Below are positions 50,672 through 61,664 of a stretch of 64,000 bases of DNA, in pieces. The stretch covers positions 1,600,001 through 1,664,000 of the forward strand of contig CAWJSJ010000002.1 in the NCBI GenBank assembly GCA_963845565.1. Direction: 5' to 3'. The stretch is from an uncultured Methylomirabilota bacterium (GTDB lineage: Bacteria; Methylomirabilota; Methylomirabilia; Methylomirabilales; 2-02-FULL-66-22). Numbering within the stretch: the first letter of the stretch is position 1; each line of letters begins with the position of its first letter. The notes below the pieces were generated by a model. That model was not told where the DNA came from. It made no database searches and worked only from the letters and a program-made list of their open reading frames with translations. A program made the translations under genes and the position numbers.

Positions 50672-52197
50672 CCTACCTGATCGGCGTGGACGTCGGCACG
50701 CAGAGCGTCCGGAGTTGTCTCTTTGACCTGAAGGGCACGGTGGTGGCCTCCGCCACCCGGCCGCTCGCCACCACCTATCCCAAGCCCGCGTGGGCCGAGC
50801 AGGACCCGGAGGCGTGGTGGCGGGGGGCGGTGGAGACGCTGCAAGAGATCATGCAGGCGTCCCGCGTGAACCCGAAGGACGTGGCGGGGTTGTCCTATGA
50901 CTGCACCGCCTGCACGGTCGTGGCCCTGGCGGAGGACGGGACGCCGCTCCGGCCCGCGCTGCTCTGGATGGACGAGCGCGCGGTCGCCGAGGCGGACGAG
51001 GTGTCGGCGACCGGACACGAGGTCCTCCGGTACTGCGGGGGCAAGGTCTCGCCGCAGTGGATGATCCCCAAGGGGCGCTGGCTGGAGCGACACGACCCGG
51101 CGCTGTTCGCCGGGGCCCGCTGGATCGTGGACGAGGCGGACTTCTTTACGTTCCGGCTCACGGGTCGGATGACCGCCAGCCTGAACACGGCGACGGCCAA
51201 GTGGAACTACGTGCGGCCGCTGGGCGGGTGGCCACCGGCGTTCCTGCGCGCGGCCCGGGCCGAGCGACTGGCGGCCAAGTGGCCGACCGAGGTCCTGCCG
51301 GTGGGCCGCCCGCTGGGACGGCTGCGCGAGGCGGTGGCGCGCGAGGTCGGGCTTTCTCCCGAGACGATCGTGGCGCAGGGCGGGATCGACGCCCATGCCG
51401 GCGAGATCGCGCTCGGCGCGGTCGGTGCAGGGGATCTGGCGCTCATCCTCGGCAGCTCGACCTGCCACATGGCCCAGTCGCCCACCCCGGTGTTCGCCAA
51501 CATCTGGGGGCCGTATCCTGACGCCTTGGTGGACGGCATGTACACCCTGGAGGGCGGGCAGACCGCCACCGGCAGTATCCTCCAGTGGTTGGTGGAGCGG
51601 TTCGGGGGCGACGCCGTCGTTCAGGCCAAGAGCCGGGGCCAGGAGGTGTTCGCCTACCTGGATGGCCTGGCCGACGCCATTCCCGCCGGAAGCGAGGGCC
51701 TGCTGGTTCTCGACTATTTCCAAGGGAACCGGACCCCGCACAAGGATCCGCTGGCGCGGGGCACCGTGGTCGGGCTCACGCTCAAGCATACCCTGGCCCA
51801 CCTCTACCGGGCGGTGGTCGAAGGGATCTGCTTCGGCACGCGGCAGATCCTGGACGATATGGCCACCCATGGCTTCGCCCTCGAACGAATCGTGGCCGGC
51901 GGCGGCGGGGCCAAGAGCCGCCTCTGGACCCAGATCCAGGCCGACGTCCTGGGCCGCCCGATCCATCTGCCCCGCGACAAGGAGACCATGGCGCTGGGCG
52001 CCGCCATCTGGGCCGGTCTGGGCGCCGGAGTCTTCAAGTCGTATGCGGACGCGATCGCGTGCATGATGCACATCGAAGGGGTGGTGACGCCGGATGCCTC
52101 GCGTCGCGATACGTACGACGCACTGTACCGGCTGTACACGGAGCTGTATCCGGCGGCGAAAGCGACGATGCACAGCCTGGCGACGACGACGGCATAG
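50668..52197 (+). CDS. FGGY-family carbohydrate kinase (ribulokinase-like)
   Basis: GVDVGTQS, EQDPEAWW, LLWMDERA, GSSTCH, YFQGNRTP, GGGAKS. Confidence 0.92.
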   Translation: MTYLIGVDVGTQSVRSCLFDLKGTVVASATRPLATTYPKPAWAEQDPEAWWRGAVETLQEIMQASRVNPKDVAGLSYDCTACTVVALAEDGTPLRPALLWMDERAVAEADEVSATGHEVLRYCGGKVSPQWMIPKGRWLERHDPALFAGARWIVDEADFFTFRLTGRMTASLNTATAKWNYVRPLGGWPPAFLRAARAERLAAKWPTEVLPVGRPLGRLREAVAREVGLSPETIVAQGGIDAHAGEIALGAVGAGDLALILGSSTCHMAQSPTPVFANIWGPYPDALVDGMYTLEGGQTATGSILQWLVERFGGDAVVQAKSRGQEVFAYLDGLADAIPAGSEGLLVLDYFQGNRTPHKDPLARGTVVGLTLKHTLAHLYRAVVEGICFGTRQILDDMATHGFALERIVAGGGGAKSRLWTQIQADVLGRPIHLPRDKETMALGAAIWAGLGAGVFKSYADAIACMMHIEGVVTPDASRRDTYDALYRLYTELYPAAKATMHSLATTTA

Positions 52198-52373
52198 CGC
52201 ATAGCGCATGGCGCGGAGGGTGGAGCAGGGGCCGTGCCCGAAGGGAAATCGGAAATCGCTCTTGGAAGGCGCAAGATGGAAAGGGCAAGGCACACACAGG
52301 GGCAGAGTGTTGAACGCCATGCGCCATGCCCTATGCGCTTTGCTGGTTCTTGACAAGGCACAAGGAGGCGACG

Positions 52374-53790
52374 ATGCAGAAACGCAAGATCGGAATCCTG
52401 ACCTTCTCGGACGGGCGGAAGTTTGCCCACGACTTGCAGTACAAGATGAACAAGGGCTTCCAGGACAAGCTGGTCAAGGTCCTGGAGAAGACCGGCGAGA
52501 TCGAATGCGTTCCGTGCGAGATCATCTGGACGCCGGAGCTGGCCCGATCCGAGTCGAAGAAGCTGGCGGCGGCCGGGGTGGAGGCCACGATTCTCAACTT
52601 CGCCATCTGGGCCTTCCCGCACCTGCCGGCCATCGCCACCGAGTTCGCGCCGGGCCCGTTCCTCTGCCTGTCCAACGTGAACCCCCAGGCGCCCGGCCTG
52701 GTGGCCATGCTGGCGGCGGCGGGTAGCCTGAACCAGATCGGGGTGTTCCACGGCCGGGTCTCCGGGGACGTGGAGGATCCCAAGGTCCTCAAGCAGGTGA
52801 TGGCGTTCCTGCGGGCGGCCTCGGCCGTGAACCGGCTGCGCGGCAAGACCTATGGCCTGTTCGGCGGCCGCTCCATGGGCATGTACACCGCCGTCCCCGC
52901 CCTGGATCAGTGGCGGCGGGAGTTCGGGGTGGACATCGAGCACATCGACCAGTGGGAGATCGTCCGGCGCTCGGAGACGATCGAGCAGAAGCGGGTGACC
53001 AAGGCCCGCCAGTGGTTGGAGAAGCACTGCGGCGAGGTGGCCTACGACGGCAAGGCGCTCACGCCCGAGACGCTGGAGCGGCAGATTCGAAGCTACCATG
53101 CCGTGCGCGAACTGATCGCCGAGTGGGACCTGGACTTCGTGGGGATCAAGGGCCAGCCGGAGTTGACCAACTCCTTCTGCACCATGGATCTCACCGAGGC
53201 GTTCCTGAACGACCCGTACGACTGGGAGGGACCGCACGAGCCGATCGTGTGCGCCACCGAGGCGGACTCGGACGGCGCGCTGACCATGGAGATCTTCAAG
53301 GATATCGCCGGGACGCCCGTCCTCTTCGCGGACGTCCGGCACTACGACGCCGAGGGAGATTTCTGGGACATGGTGAACTCGGGCGAGCACGCGACCTACT
53401 TCGCGGGACGCTCCTTCGACCCCAAGGTGAACCTCCCCAAGGTGAAGCTGGTGCCAGAAATCTTCTACTTTCCGGCGGGCGGCGCCGCCGTGCATCACAT
53501 CGCCGCCCCGGGCGAGGTCACACTGGGCCGACTCACCCGAAAGAACGGCAAGTATTGGATGGCCATCTTGCCGGCGGACTTCGTGACCTTCCCGGAGAAG
53601 AAGGCGAAGAGCCAAGGCGCAGGCGACCACGGGGGAATGGCCGCACGCGTTCACCAAATTGCGCGTCCCGCCCGAGCGGTTCATCGCCACCTATAGCTCG
53701 AATCACATCCACGGTGTCTACGGCGACTACGTGGAAGAACTCAAATGGGTCTGCAAGATCCTGAACATGGAGGCCGAGGTCTATGTCTAA
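52374..53790 (+). CDS. L-fucose/D-arabinose isomerase family protein, frameshift near 53610
   Basis: GGRSMGMYT, EAFLNDPYDW, CATEADSDGALTM, FADVRHY; C-terminus WPHAF..SNHIHGVYGD in a shifted frame ending TAA 53790. Confidence 0.85.
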
Positions 53791-54694
53791 CACCGAACCG
53801 ACCCGCGCGCCCCGGCTGCGCGGCGTCATCGCGGCCATGCTCACCCCGATGCGGGACAGGGGCACGCACGTGGACCTGGACGCCACAAAGCACTTGGCGG
53901 GCTGGCTGGTGGAGCGGGGCGTGCATGGGTTGTACATCGCCGGGACCACGGGCGAGGGCCTCTACCTGAGCCCGGAGGAGCATCGAGAGCTGGTCCGGGC
54001 GGTGGTGCACGCGGCCAAGGGTATCCCCGTGGTGGCGCACGTGGGAGCGCTGACGACGGCCCAGGCCGTTGGCCTGGCACGGCAGGCGGTCCAGGCCGGG
54101 GCCACCGCGGTGGCGGCCATCCCGCCCCCGTACTACAGCCTGAGTCGAGAGGAACTCCTCACCTATTTCACCGCGATTGCCCAGGCCGCGGCACCGCTGT
54201 CGCTGTATCTCTATAACATCCCGAGCCACGCGCGGAATGAGCTGCCACCCAGCTTCGTGGCGGATCTCAGGCGGGCAATTCCGAGCATCGCGGGCATCAA
54301 GGACAGCAGCGGGGCCGCCGGGCGCATCCCCGAGCTCGTCAAGACCCTGGGGTCGAGCTGCGACGTCGTCTGCGGGAACGACGACAAGATCCTCCAGGCG
54401 TTTCAGGTCGGCGCCGCCGGGATCGTGGCCTCGGGAGCCAGTGTCTTTCCAGAGATGTATCTGGGGCTACACACGGCCTGGCAGGCCGGGCGAGTGGCGG
54501 AGGCGGAGGAGGCGCAGGCCAAGATCGTCGCCATGCAACAGGCGCTGGGCAACGGGAAGCGGCTGGGATGGTACAAGTACGTCCTGGCGCAGCGGGGGGT
54601 TCCGGTCGGCGGGGTGCGTGGGCCGCTCGCGGATGCCACCCCGGCCGAGCAGGAGGCGATTCAGAGGAGCCTGAAGGAGCTGCAGTTGCTGTAG
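53783..54694 (+). CDS. DHDPS/NAL-family class I aldolase or dehydratase
   Basis: GTTGE, PPPYY, YLYNIP, GIKDSSG. Confidence 0.9.
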   Translation: MSNTEPTRAPRLRGVIAAMLTPMRDRGTHVDLDATKHLAGWLVERGVHGLYIAGTTGEGLYLSPEEHRELVRAVVHAAKGIPVVAHVGALTTAQAVGLARQAVQAGATAVAAIPPPYYSLSREELLTYFTAIAQAAAPLSLYLYNIPSHARNELPPSFVADLRRAIPSIAGIKDSSGAAGRIPELVKTLGSSCDVVCGNDDKILQAFQVGAAGIVASGASVFPEMYLGLHTAWQAGRVAEAEEAQAKIVAMQQALGNGKRLGWYKYVLAQRGVPVGGVRGPLADATPAEQEAIQRSLKELQLL

Positions 54695-54775
54695 GGCGGA
54701 GAGCCGAGAGCCGAGAGCGGAGGGCCGAGCCGGACGAGCCGAAGTGCGGTCCGACTCACAGAGGAGGAGGTCGTC

Positions 54776-55753
54776 ATGAAGAAGTGGCTGGGTGTGCTGG
54801 CGAGTGTCGGGCTGTTGTGCGTGTTGGCGACGGCGGTCGAGGCGGGCACGGTGATCCGCTGGGGCGAGACGCAGGCGCCGGATCACATCGCCCTGAAGAT
54901 GATCGAGCGGGTCGCCAAGAAGGTGAGCGATGCCACGCAGGGGCGAATCCAAATCCAGGGCTATCCCTCCAGCCAGCTTGGCAGCTCCAAGGAGATGATC
55001 GAAGCGGTCGTCCTGGGTACCCAGCAGGCGGTGACCGATGGGACGGCGAACTTCGCGCAGTGGGTGCCGAGCATCGGGGTCACCGAGGCGCCCTATGTCT
55101 GGCGCGACGCCGCGCATCTCGCCAAGGTCATGGCAGGCCCCATCGGTGAGGATCTCAACAGGCAGCTCATCGAGAAGCGGGGTGTCCGCATCCTGGGGAC
55201 GACCTACTACGGGGTCCGGCAGCTCACCACCACCAACAAGGCGGTCCGGACCGTCGCGGACATGAAGGAGTTCAAGCTCCGCGTGCCGGAGAACGAGATC
55301 TTCCTGGCCATGGCCCGCTCGTGGGGGGCGAAGCCGACGCCCATGACCTTTGGCGAGCTCTACCTCGCGCTCCGGCAGAATGTGGTGGACGGTCAGGAGA
55401 ACCCGCTGCCCACCATCGACTCCGGGAAGTTCTTCGAGGTGCAGAAGTACCTCGTCCTCACCGCACATATCCTGACGCCCCGGATCGTGGCGATGAACGA
55501 GAAGTTCTGGCAGGGGCTCCCGGCGGCCGATCGCCAGGTGATCAGCGAAGCACTGGCGGAGGGGATCGCCTGGAACAATCAGCAAACCGTGGCGGCGGAG
55601 CAGACGTTGGTGGACAAGTTCAAGAAGGCGGGGATGGAAGTGATCCAGCCGGACTACGAATCGTTCCGCAAGCCGGTGCTGGACACGGTGCCCAAGATGT
55701 TCGAGTCGCGGTGGGGCAAGGGCCTGTTCGAGCGGATCGTGGACACCAAATGA
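54776..55753 (+). CDS. dctP: TRAP substrate-binding protein
   Basis: YPSSQLGS, KLRVP, PMTFGELYLAL..VVDGQENP. Confidence 0.93.
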   Translation: MKKWLGVLASVGLLCVLATAVEAGTVIRWGETQAPDHIALKMIERVAKKVSDATQGRIQIQGYPSSQLGSSKEMIEAVVLGTQQAVTDGTANFAQWVPSIGVTEAPYVWRDAAHLAKVMAGPIGEDLNRQLIEKRGVRILGTTYYGVRQLTTTNKAVRTVADMKEFKLRVPENEIFLAMARSWGAKPTPMTFGELYLALRQNVVDGQENPLPTIDSGKFFEVQKYLVLTAHILTPRIVAMNEKFWQGLPAADRQVISEALAEGIAWNNQQTVAAEQTLVDKFKKAGMEVIQPDYESFRKPVLDTVPKMFESRWGKGLFERIVDTK

Positions 55754-56274
55754 TCTCGACCACGCAACAGGACCGCGCGCCGTCAGCCGCCTTCGCGCGG
55801 CTGACGGCCGCGCTCGACCGAGGGGCGTGTTGGGCCTGCATCGGGCTCTTCGCCGCCATCCTGGGGATCATGGTGCTCCAGGTGGCGTTCCGGTACGTGT
55901 TGAATTCTCCCTTAGTCTGGACCGAAGAGTTGGCCAGGATTCTCTACATCTGGGCCTGCTACCTGGGGGCGCCGGTGGCCCTGCGACGCGGCAATCACGT
56001 CACGATCCTGTTTGTCCTGGACCGGTTGCCCCAGGGTGTGGGCCGCCTCGTGGCGTTGGGAATCCAGGGCATCTCGCTGGTGTTCTTCGTAGGGCTCGCG
56101 GTGCTCGGGACCAGCCTCATGATCCGGTCGCACACGGTTGACGCCATCACGCTCCCGATTCCCTGGTCGGCGATTTACCTGGCCGTGCCGCTGTCGGCCG
56201 TCTTGATGATTCTCCAGACCCTCGCGGGCGGGTGGCGCCTGGTCCAGGGCGGGGGCGAGGAGGCGCGCGCATGA
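55750..56274 (+). CDS. dctQ: TRAP small permease
   Basis: FRYVLNSPLVWTEELAR; ATGA overlap with dctP. Confidence 0.88.
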   Translation: MISTTQQDRAPSAAFARLTAALDRGACWACIGLFAAILGIMVLQVAFRYVLNSPLVWTEELARILYIWACYLGAPVALRRGNHVTILFVLDRLPQGVGRLVALGIQGISLVFFVGLAVLGTSLMIRSHTVDAITLPIPWSAIYLAVPLSAVLMILQTLAGGWRLVQGGGEEARA

Positions 56275-57548
56275 CCGTCGGGCCGCTGATCTGGATCTGG
56301 CTGGGGCTGATGGTCATCGGCACGCCCCTTTTCATCAGCATGGGGTTTTCCTGCTTGGTCTATCTCTGGGCCAACGGCGAGGTGCTCCTCTCCGTTCCGC
56401 AACGGCTGACGGCTGCCGCCAACTCGTTTCCCCTGCTGGCCGCTCCCTTCTTCATGCTGACCGGGATGGCCATGAACACCGCGGGCGTCACGAGTCGCAT
56501 CTACGATTTCTGCGAGTGCCTGGCGGGGCGATTCCGGGGCGGGCTGGCCCACGTCAACGTCATCGGCAGCGTGATCTTCGCCGGGATGTCCGGCTCCGCG
56601 GTGGCCGACGCGGCGGGCCTCGGGACCATCGAGATCAAGGCCATGACCGACGAGGGGTATCCCTTGCCCTTTGCGGCCGCCGTCACGGCGGCGTCGGCCA
56701 CGATCGGTCCCATCATTCCCCCCAGCGTTCCGCTCCTGATTTACGGAGTCGTTGCGGACGTGTCCATCGGTCGGCTCTTCGCCGGGGGATTCATTCCAGG
56801 GTTGCTCATGGCCGCGGCGCTCATGGTCCAGATCCGTTTCATGGCCAAGAAGCGCGGCTTCGGCGCCCACCGCGCGCCCACCTGGCCGGAGTTTCGCACC
56901 AAAAGCGGGAAAGCTTTTCTGTCGCTCATGACACCCGTCATTCTGTTCGGCGGGATGATGATGGGCGTGTTCACGCCCACCGAGGCGGCGTTCGCGGCGG
57001 CCACCTACGCGCTGATCCTGGGACTGCTGGTGTATCGGGAAATCAAGTGGCGCGATCTGCCCAAGCTGTTCCTGGATACCGTGGAAACCAATGCCGTCGT
57101 CCTGATGCTGGTCATGACGGCGTCCCTGCTCGGGTGGGTGCTGGCTCGCGCGCAGGTTCCCCAGATGCTCGGGGAGTGGATTCTCGGGACGACGCGCAGT
57201 CCGCTCCTGATTCTCCTGCTGATCAACGTGTTCCTGATCATCGTCGGCTGCTTCATGGAGACGCTGGCGGCCTTGCTCATTTTGACACCGGTGTTCATGC
57301 CGGTGATCAAGGCGGTCGGCATTGACCCGGTGCATTTCGGGTTGGTCATGGTCCTGAATCTGATGATCGGGACGCTCACGCCGCCCGTCGGAATCGTCCT
57401 GTTCGTCGTGGCGCGCGTGGCCAAGCTCCCCTTCGAGGAGGTGACGCGAGCGACGGCGCCGTTCTTGGTTCCCTTGATCGTGGTGCTGCTCTTGATCACG
57501 GTGTTTCCGGAGTTGGTTCTATGGCTACCGCGCTTGGTTTTTGGCTGA
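56271..57548 (+). CDS. dctM: TRAP large permease
   Basis: FAGMSGSAVADAAG, GPIIPPS, FTPTEAA, TPPVG. Confidence 0.93.
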   Translation: MTVGPLIWIWLGLMVIGTPLFISMGFSCLVYLWANGEVLLSVPQRLTAAANSFPLLAAPFFMLTGMAMNTAGVTSRIYDFCECLAGRFRGGLAHVNVIGSVIFAGMSGSAVADAAGLGTIEIKAMTDEGYPLPFAAAVTAASATIGPIIPPSVPLLIYGVVADVSIGRLFAGGFIPGLLMAAALMVQIRFMAKKRGFGAHRAPTWPEFRTKSGKAFLSLMTPVILFGGMMMGVFTPTEAAFAAATYALILGLLVYREIKWRDLPKLFLDTVETNAVVLMLVMTASLLGWVLARAQVPQMLGEWILGTTRSPLLILLLINVFLIIVGCFMETLAALLILTPVFMPVIKAVGIDPVHFGLVMVLNLMIGTLTPPVGIVLFVVARVAKLPFEEVTRATAPFLVPLIVVLLLITVFPELVLWLPRLVFG

Positions 57549-57800
57549 CGAATCGGCCACTGCGAGATGGCAACGGCCGGAAGGTGCGAATAGTGAGGTA
57601 GCCCCACGCGTCTGTTCTGGCAGGCGTCGAGCGGCCCGCATGGTGCGGCGTCATGTGGGCGTGCGACGAATCATCCTCTTTTCTGATTCTCTGACGGATA
57701 GAAAAGTCCGTTGACAGGCATCCTCGGCTTTGGGTAGGGTGGGAGCCAGAACAGGCTGGCGGACGTCAACTTTCGGCCTTTCGGGGGATAGGAGGTTTTC

Positions 57801-59159
57801 ATGAAGACGCGGAAGCAGAATCCACAGGGTTCTCGGGGGATCACTCGCCGGGACGTGCTTCGTCTGGGTGCCGGGGTGGCTGCCGGAGCGGCGGTCGGGC
57901 CGTTCGTCCTGCGGGTGGCGGGCGCGGGCGAAGCGTTCAACTGGCAGCGCTTCAAGGGGAGCAAGATCTTCATCCAGTTCACCAAGAACCCCTGGGCCGA
58001 CACCATGGAGAAGTTGCTTCCGGACTTCGAGAAGCAGACCGGCATCAAGGCCGAGTTCGCCACGCTGCCGGAGATCCAGGCGCGCCAGAAACTGACGGTG
58101 GAGTTCACCGCCGGCTCCGGCGGCATCGACGTCTGGTACACCAGCATGCACGTGGAGAAGCGGCGCTTCTGGAGGTCGGGCTGGTACTATGACGTCAGCA
58201 AGTTCCTCAAGGATCCGACGATGACCGCGCCGGATTATGACTGGAACGACATGGCCGCGGGGGCCAAGGCGATCGCCACCCAGTCGGACGGGAGCATTTC
58301 CGGACTGCCGGCCTTCGTGGATCCCTGGATCCTGTTTTACCGGAAGGATCTGTTCGCGCAGAAGGGGCTGAAGCCGCCCAAGACCCTGGCCGAGATGGAG
58401 GAGTTCGCCCAGAAGTTTCACGATGCCCCCAAGTTCTATGGGTTTGTGGCCCGCGGGCTGAAGAACGCCAACGCGCCGGCCTGGGACTGGGTGCTCTTCA
58501 GCATGGGGGGGAATTTCCAGACGAAGGACGGCAAGGCATCCGTCAACACGCCCGAGGCGGTGAAGGCGATGGACTACTACGCCGGGATGCTGAGGCGCTT
58601 CGCCCCGCCCGGCGTGGTCAACTTCAACTGGTACGAGTGCAGCAGCGCCTTCATGCAGGACCAGGTGGCCCAGTACTTCGACGGGGTCAACTTCGCCAGC
58701 CAGTTCGAGGACAAGGAAAAGTCCAAGGTCGCCGGCAAGGTCGGCTACGCGGTGCTCCCCGCCGGGCCGGGCGGCCACTTCTCGCCGATCTTCGGCAACG
58801 CGGTGGCGGTCAGTTCCCAGAGCAAGGTCCCGGGGCCGGCCTACTTCTTCGCCCAGTGGGCCACCTCCAAGCAGAGTGCGGTCAAGGAGTTGCTGGCGGG
58901 CACCGGCAGCGCCCGGACGTCGGTCTGGAACGACCCCGAGGTCAAGGCCAAGGCCAAGATGCCGGCCGACTGGTCGCAGGCCTACGTGGACAGCCTGAAG
59001 ATCGGCCGGCTGGGACTGCCCGAGATCGTGGCCGTCACCGAGTACCGGGACATCATCGGTGTGGCCATCCAGAAGGCCATCGAGGGCGCGAAGTCGGCCG
59101 ACGTGCTCGCGGCCGCCCAGAAGGAGTTCCAGGAGGTGCTGGACAAGACCGAGAAATAG
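57801..59159 (+). CDS. ABC sugar-binding protein with Tat signal
   Basis: TRRDVL twin-arginine motif, LFYRKDLF, SKVAGKVGYA. Confidence 0.9.
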   Translation: MKTRKQNPQGSRGITRRDVLRLGAGVAAGAAVGPFVLRVAGAGEAFNWQRFKGSKIFIQFTKNPWADTMEKLLPDFEKQTGIKAEFATLPEIQARQKLTVEFTAGSGGIDVWYTSMHVEKRRFWRSGWYYDVSKFLKDPTMTAPDYDWNDMAAGAKAIATQSDGSISGLPAFVDPWILFYRKDLFAQKGLKPPKTLAEMEEFAQKFHDAPKFYGFVARGLKNANAPAWDWVLFSMGGNFQTKDGKASVNTPEAVKAMDYYAGMLRRFAPPGVVNFNWYECSSAFMQDQVAQYFDGVNFASQFEDKEKSKVAGKVGYAVLPAGPGGHFSPIFGNAVAVSSQSKVPGPAYFFAQWATSKQSAVKELLAGTGSARTSVWNDPEVKAKAKMPADWSQAYVDSLKIGRLGLPEIVAVTEYRDIIGVAIQKAIEGAKSADVLAAAQKEFQEVLDKTEK

Positions 59160-59271
59160 CGGCAGGAGATTGCACGGTCCGTGGCGCTCGGGAATCCGGG
59201 CGCCTGGGCCGCGCCGGCGGGGGCGCTGTGCCCCCATCCGTCTAACGCGCCACGGCAGCGAGGAGGTCGCG

Positions 59272-60630
59272 ATGAAGAAGGGGACACGCCAAACAGTCGG
59301 TTCTCGGGGAATGACGCGCCGAGACGTGCTGCGCCTGGGGGCCACGGTGGCCGCCGGGGCCGCGGTCGGTCCGTTCATTCACACGCCGGGGCATGGCCAG
59401 ACCTTCAACTGGCAGCGATTCAAAGGGAAGGAGCTGTACCTGCTCCTCTACAAGCACCCCTTCGTGGACGAGATGGTGAAGCATATCCCTGAGTTCGAGT
59501 CGCTCACGGGTATCAAGGCGAAGTACGAGGTGCTGCCCGAGGTGCAGGGCCGGCAGAAGTTCACGGTGGAGATGACCGCCGGAAGCGGCGGGGTTGACGC
59601 CTGGCATGCCAGCATGCACGTCGAGAAGCGGCGGGCCTGGAAATCGGGCTGGTTCCAGCCACTCAACACGTTCCTGGAGGACAAGAGCCTGACGGCCCCC
59701 GACTTCGACTGGAACGACTTCACTGAGGGGGCCCGGAGCGATGTCACCCAGCCCGACAAGACCATCAGTGCGCTGCCGACGTTCGTGGATCCCTTCGTCA
59801 TGTTCTACCGGAAGGACCTCTTCCAGCAGAAGGGGTTCAAGCCGCCGAAGACCATGGCCGAGTGGGAAGAGCAGGCCAAGGCGTTCCAGAATCCGCCAAA
59901 CATGTACGGGTTCGTGGCGCGCGGCCTGAAGAACGCCAATGCGACTCCCTGGGCCTACGTGATCTTCAACTTCGGCGGCAAGTACATCAGCCCGGCCAAC
60001 GACTCCCTCCTCAATACCCCCGAGTGGGTGAAGGCCATGGACTGGTACGCCGGGATGCTGAAGCGGTTCGCGCCTCCCGGCGTGGTGAACTTCAACTGGT
60101 ACGAGTGTAGCTCGGCGTTCATGCAGGGCCAGGTGGCCACGTACTACGATGGTGTGAACTTCGCCAGCCAGTTCGAGGACCCCGCCAAGTCCAAGATCGC
60201 GGGGAAGGTCGGTTACGCGGTCTTGCCCGCCGGCCCCGCCGGCCCCGCCACCCCGACGTTCACCAATGCCATGGCCGTCAGCGCCCAGAGCCGGAACAAG
60301 GAAGCCGCCTACTTCTTCATCCAGTGGGCGACGAATAAGAAGAATTTCATCCGGGAACTCCTGGCGGGCGTCGGCGTGGGCCGGGTCTCGACCTGGAGCG
60401 AGCCCGAGGTGAAGGCCAAGCCCAAGATGCCGGCCGACTGGTACGACGCTTACCTGGCCAGCTTGAAGATCGGGCGCGCCGGCCTGCCCGAGATCGTGGA
60501 CGTGACCCAGTACCGGGACATCATCGGCGTGGGGATCCAGAAGGCCATCGAGGGGGCCAAGTCAGCCGACGTGATGGCCCAGGCCCACAAGGAGTTCCAG
60601 GAATTGCTGGAGCGGACCGAGAAGAAGTAG
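59272..60630 (+). CDS. ABC sugar-binding protein with Tat signal (tandem paralog)
   Basis: Same length and motifs as the preceding gene. Confidence 0.9.
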   Translation: MKKGTRQTVGSRGMTRRDVLRLGATVAAGAAVGPFIHTPGHGQTFNWQRFKGKELYLLLYKHPFVDEMVKHIPEFESLTGIKAKYEVLPEVQGRQKFTVEMTAGSGGVDAWHASMHVEKRRAWKSGWFQPLNTFLEDKSLTAPDFDWNDFTEGARSDVTQPDKTISALPTFVDPFVMFYRKDLFQQKGFKPPKTMAEWEEQAKAFQNPPNMYGFVARGLKNANATPWAYVIFNFGGKYISPANDSLLNTPEWVKAMDWYAGMLKRFAPPGVVNFNWYECSSAFMQGQVATYYDGVNFASQFEDPAKSKIAGKVGYAVLPAGPAGPATPTFTNAMAVSAQSRNKEAAYFFIQWATNKKNFIRELLAGVGVGRVSTWSEPEVKAKPKMPADWYDAYLASLKIGRAGLPEIVDVTQYRDIIGVGIQKAIEGAKSADVMAQAHKEFQELLERTEKK

Positions 60631-60647
60631 GTCCGCCGGATTCGAAC

Positions 60648-60698
60648 GAAACGCCTGGCTCCTCCGCCCGAGGGCGGGGCGGAGGGGCCAGGCGTTTC
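60648..60698. terminator. Intercistronic hairpin after the binding-protein genes
   Basis: GAAACGCCTGGCTCCTCCGCCC...GGGCGGAGGGGCCAGGCGTTTC. Confidence 0.6.
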
Positions 60699-60725
60699 AT
60701 CCACAGGGCAAGGTAGGGTGACAGG

Positions 60726-61664
60726 ATGGCAGAGCACGCATCGCTGACCCCGTTCGCCCCCGACGTCCGTGCGGGGGGATTCGGCCTCCGGCTCTCTCGC
60801 TTCATCCACCGAAACGCCCGCTACATCTTCCCGGCGCCCGCCTTTCTGGTGGTGGGCCTCATCATCGTCTACCCGGTCATCTACACGGGCTGGATGAGCC
60901 TGCAGGAATGGTTCGCCTCCAGCCTGACGCTGCCCAAGTTCATCGGCATGGACAACTACCAGAAGATCCTGACCGCCGATCCCCGGTTCCGGGAGGCCTT
61001 CTTCCGGACGCTCTACTTCACGCTCATCGCCGTCACGGTGGAGACGGCGCTGGGTGTCACGATGGCCGTCGTCTTCAACCGAGAGTTCTGGGGCAAGGGG
61101 CTCGTCCGCACGCTCTCCATCCTGCCCATGATGGCCACGCCGACCGCCATCTCGCTGGTCTTCGTCATGATGTACCACCCGACGCTGGGCGTGCTGAATT
61201 ACCTGGTGACACGGCTCGGGCTGCCGCTCTTCACCTGGACCTACAGCAGCAAGACGGCGCTCTACGCCATCGCCCTGGTAGACGTCTGGGAGTGGACGCC
61301 GCTCATCATGCTCATCGCCATGGCGGGCCTGGCGTCGTTGCCCAAGGAGCCGTACGAGTCGGCGAAGATCGACGGGGCCAGCGCGTTCCAGTGCTTCTAT
61401 CTGATCACGCTGCCCCTGCTCCGCCCGACGCTGGTGGTGGCCATCCTCTTCCGCGCCATCGACGCCCTCAAGACCTTCGACATCATCTTCGTCATGACCC
61501 AGGGCGGGCCGTCCAACGCCTCGGAGACGATCAACATCCTGCTGTTCAACCAGGCGTTCTCCTATTTCAACATGGGCTACGCCTCGTCCATGGCCGTGGC
61601 GCTGTTCGCGATCATCATGGGGATCTGCCTGATCCTGATGAAGGTGCGGAGGGTGGGATGGTAG
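60726..61664 (+). CDS. ABC sugar permease (MalF-like)
   Basis: EAA loop YESAKIDGAS, ITLPLLRP. Confidence 0.92.
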   Translation: MAEHASLTPFAPDVRAGGFGLRLSRFIHRNARYIFPAPAFLVVGLIIVYPVIYTGWMSLQEWFASSLTLPKFIGMDNYQKILTADPRFREAFFRTLYFTLIAVTVETALGVTMAVVFNREFWGKGLVRTLSILPMMATPTAISLVFVMMYHPTLGVLNYLVTRLGLPLFTWTYSSKTALYAIALVDVWEWTPLIMLIAMAGLASLPKEPYESAKIDGASAFQCFYLITLPLLRPTLVVAILFRAIDALKTFDIIFVMTQGGPSNASETINILLFNQAFSYFNMGYASSMAVALFAIIMGICLILMKVRRVGW

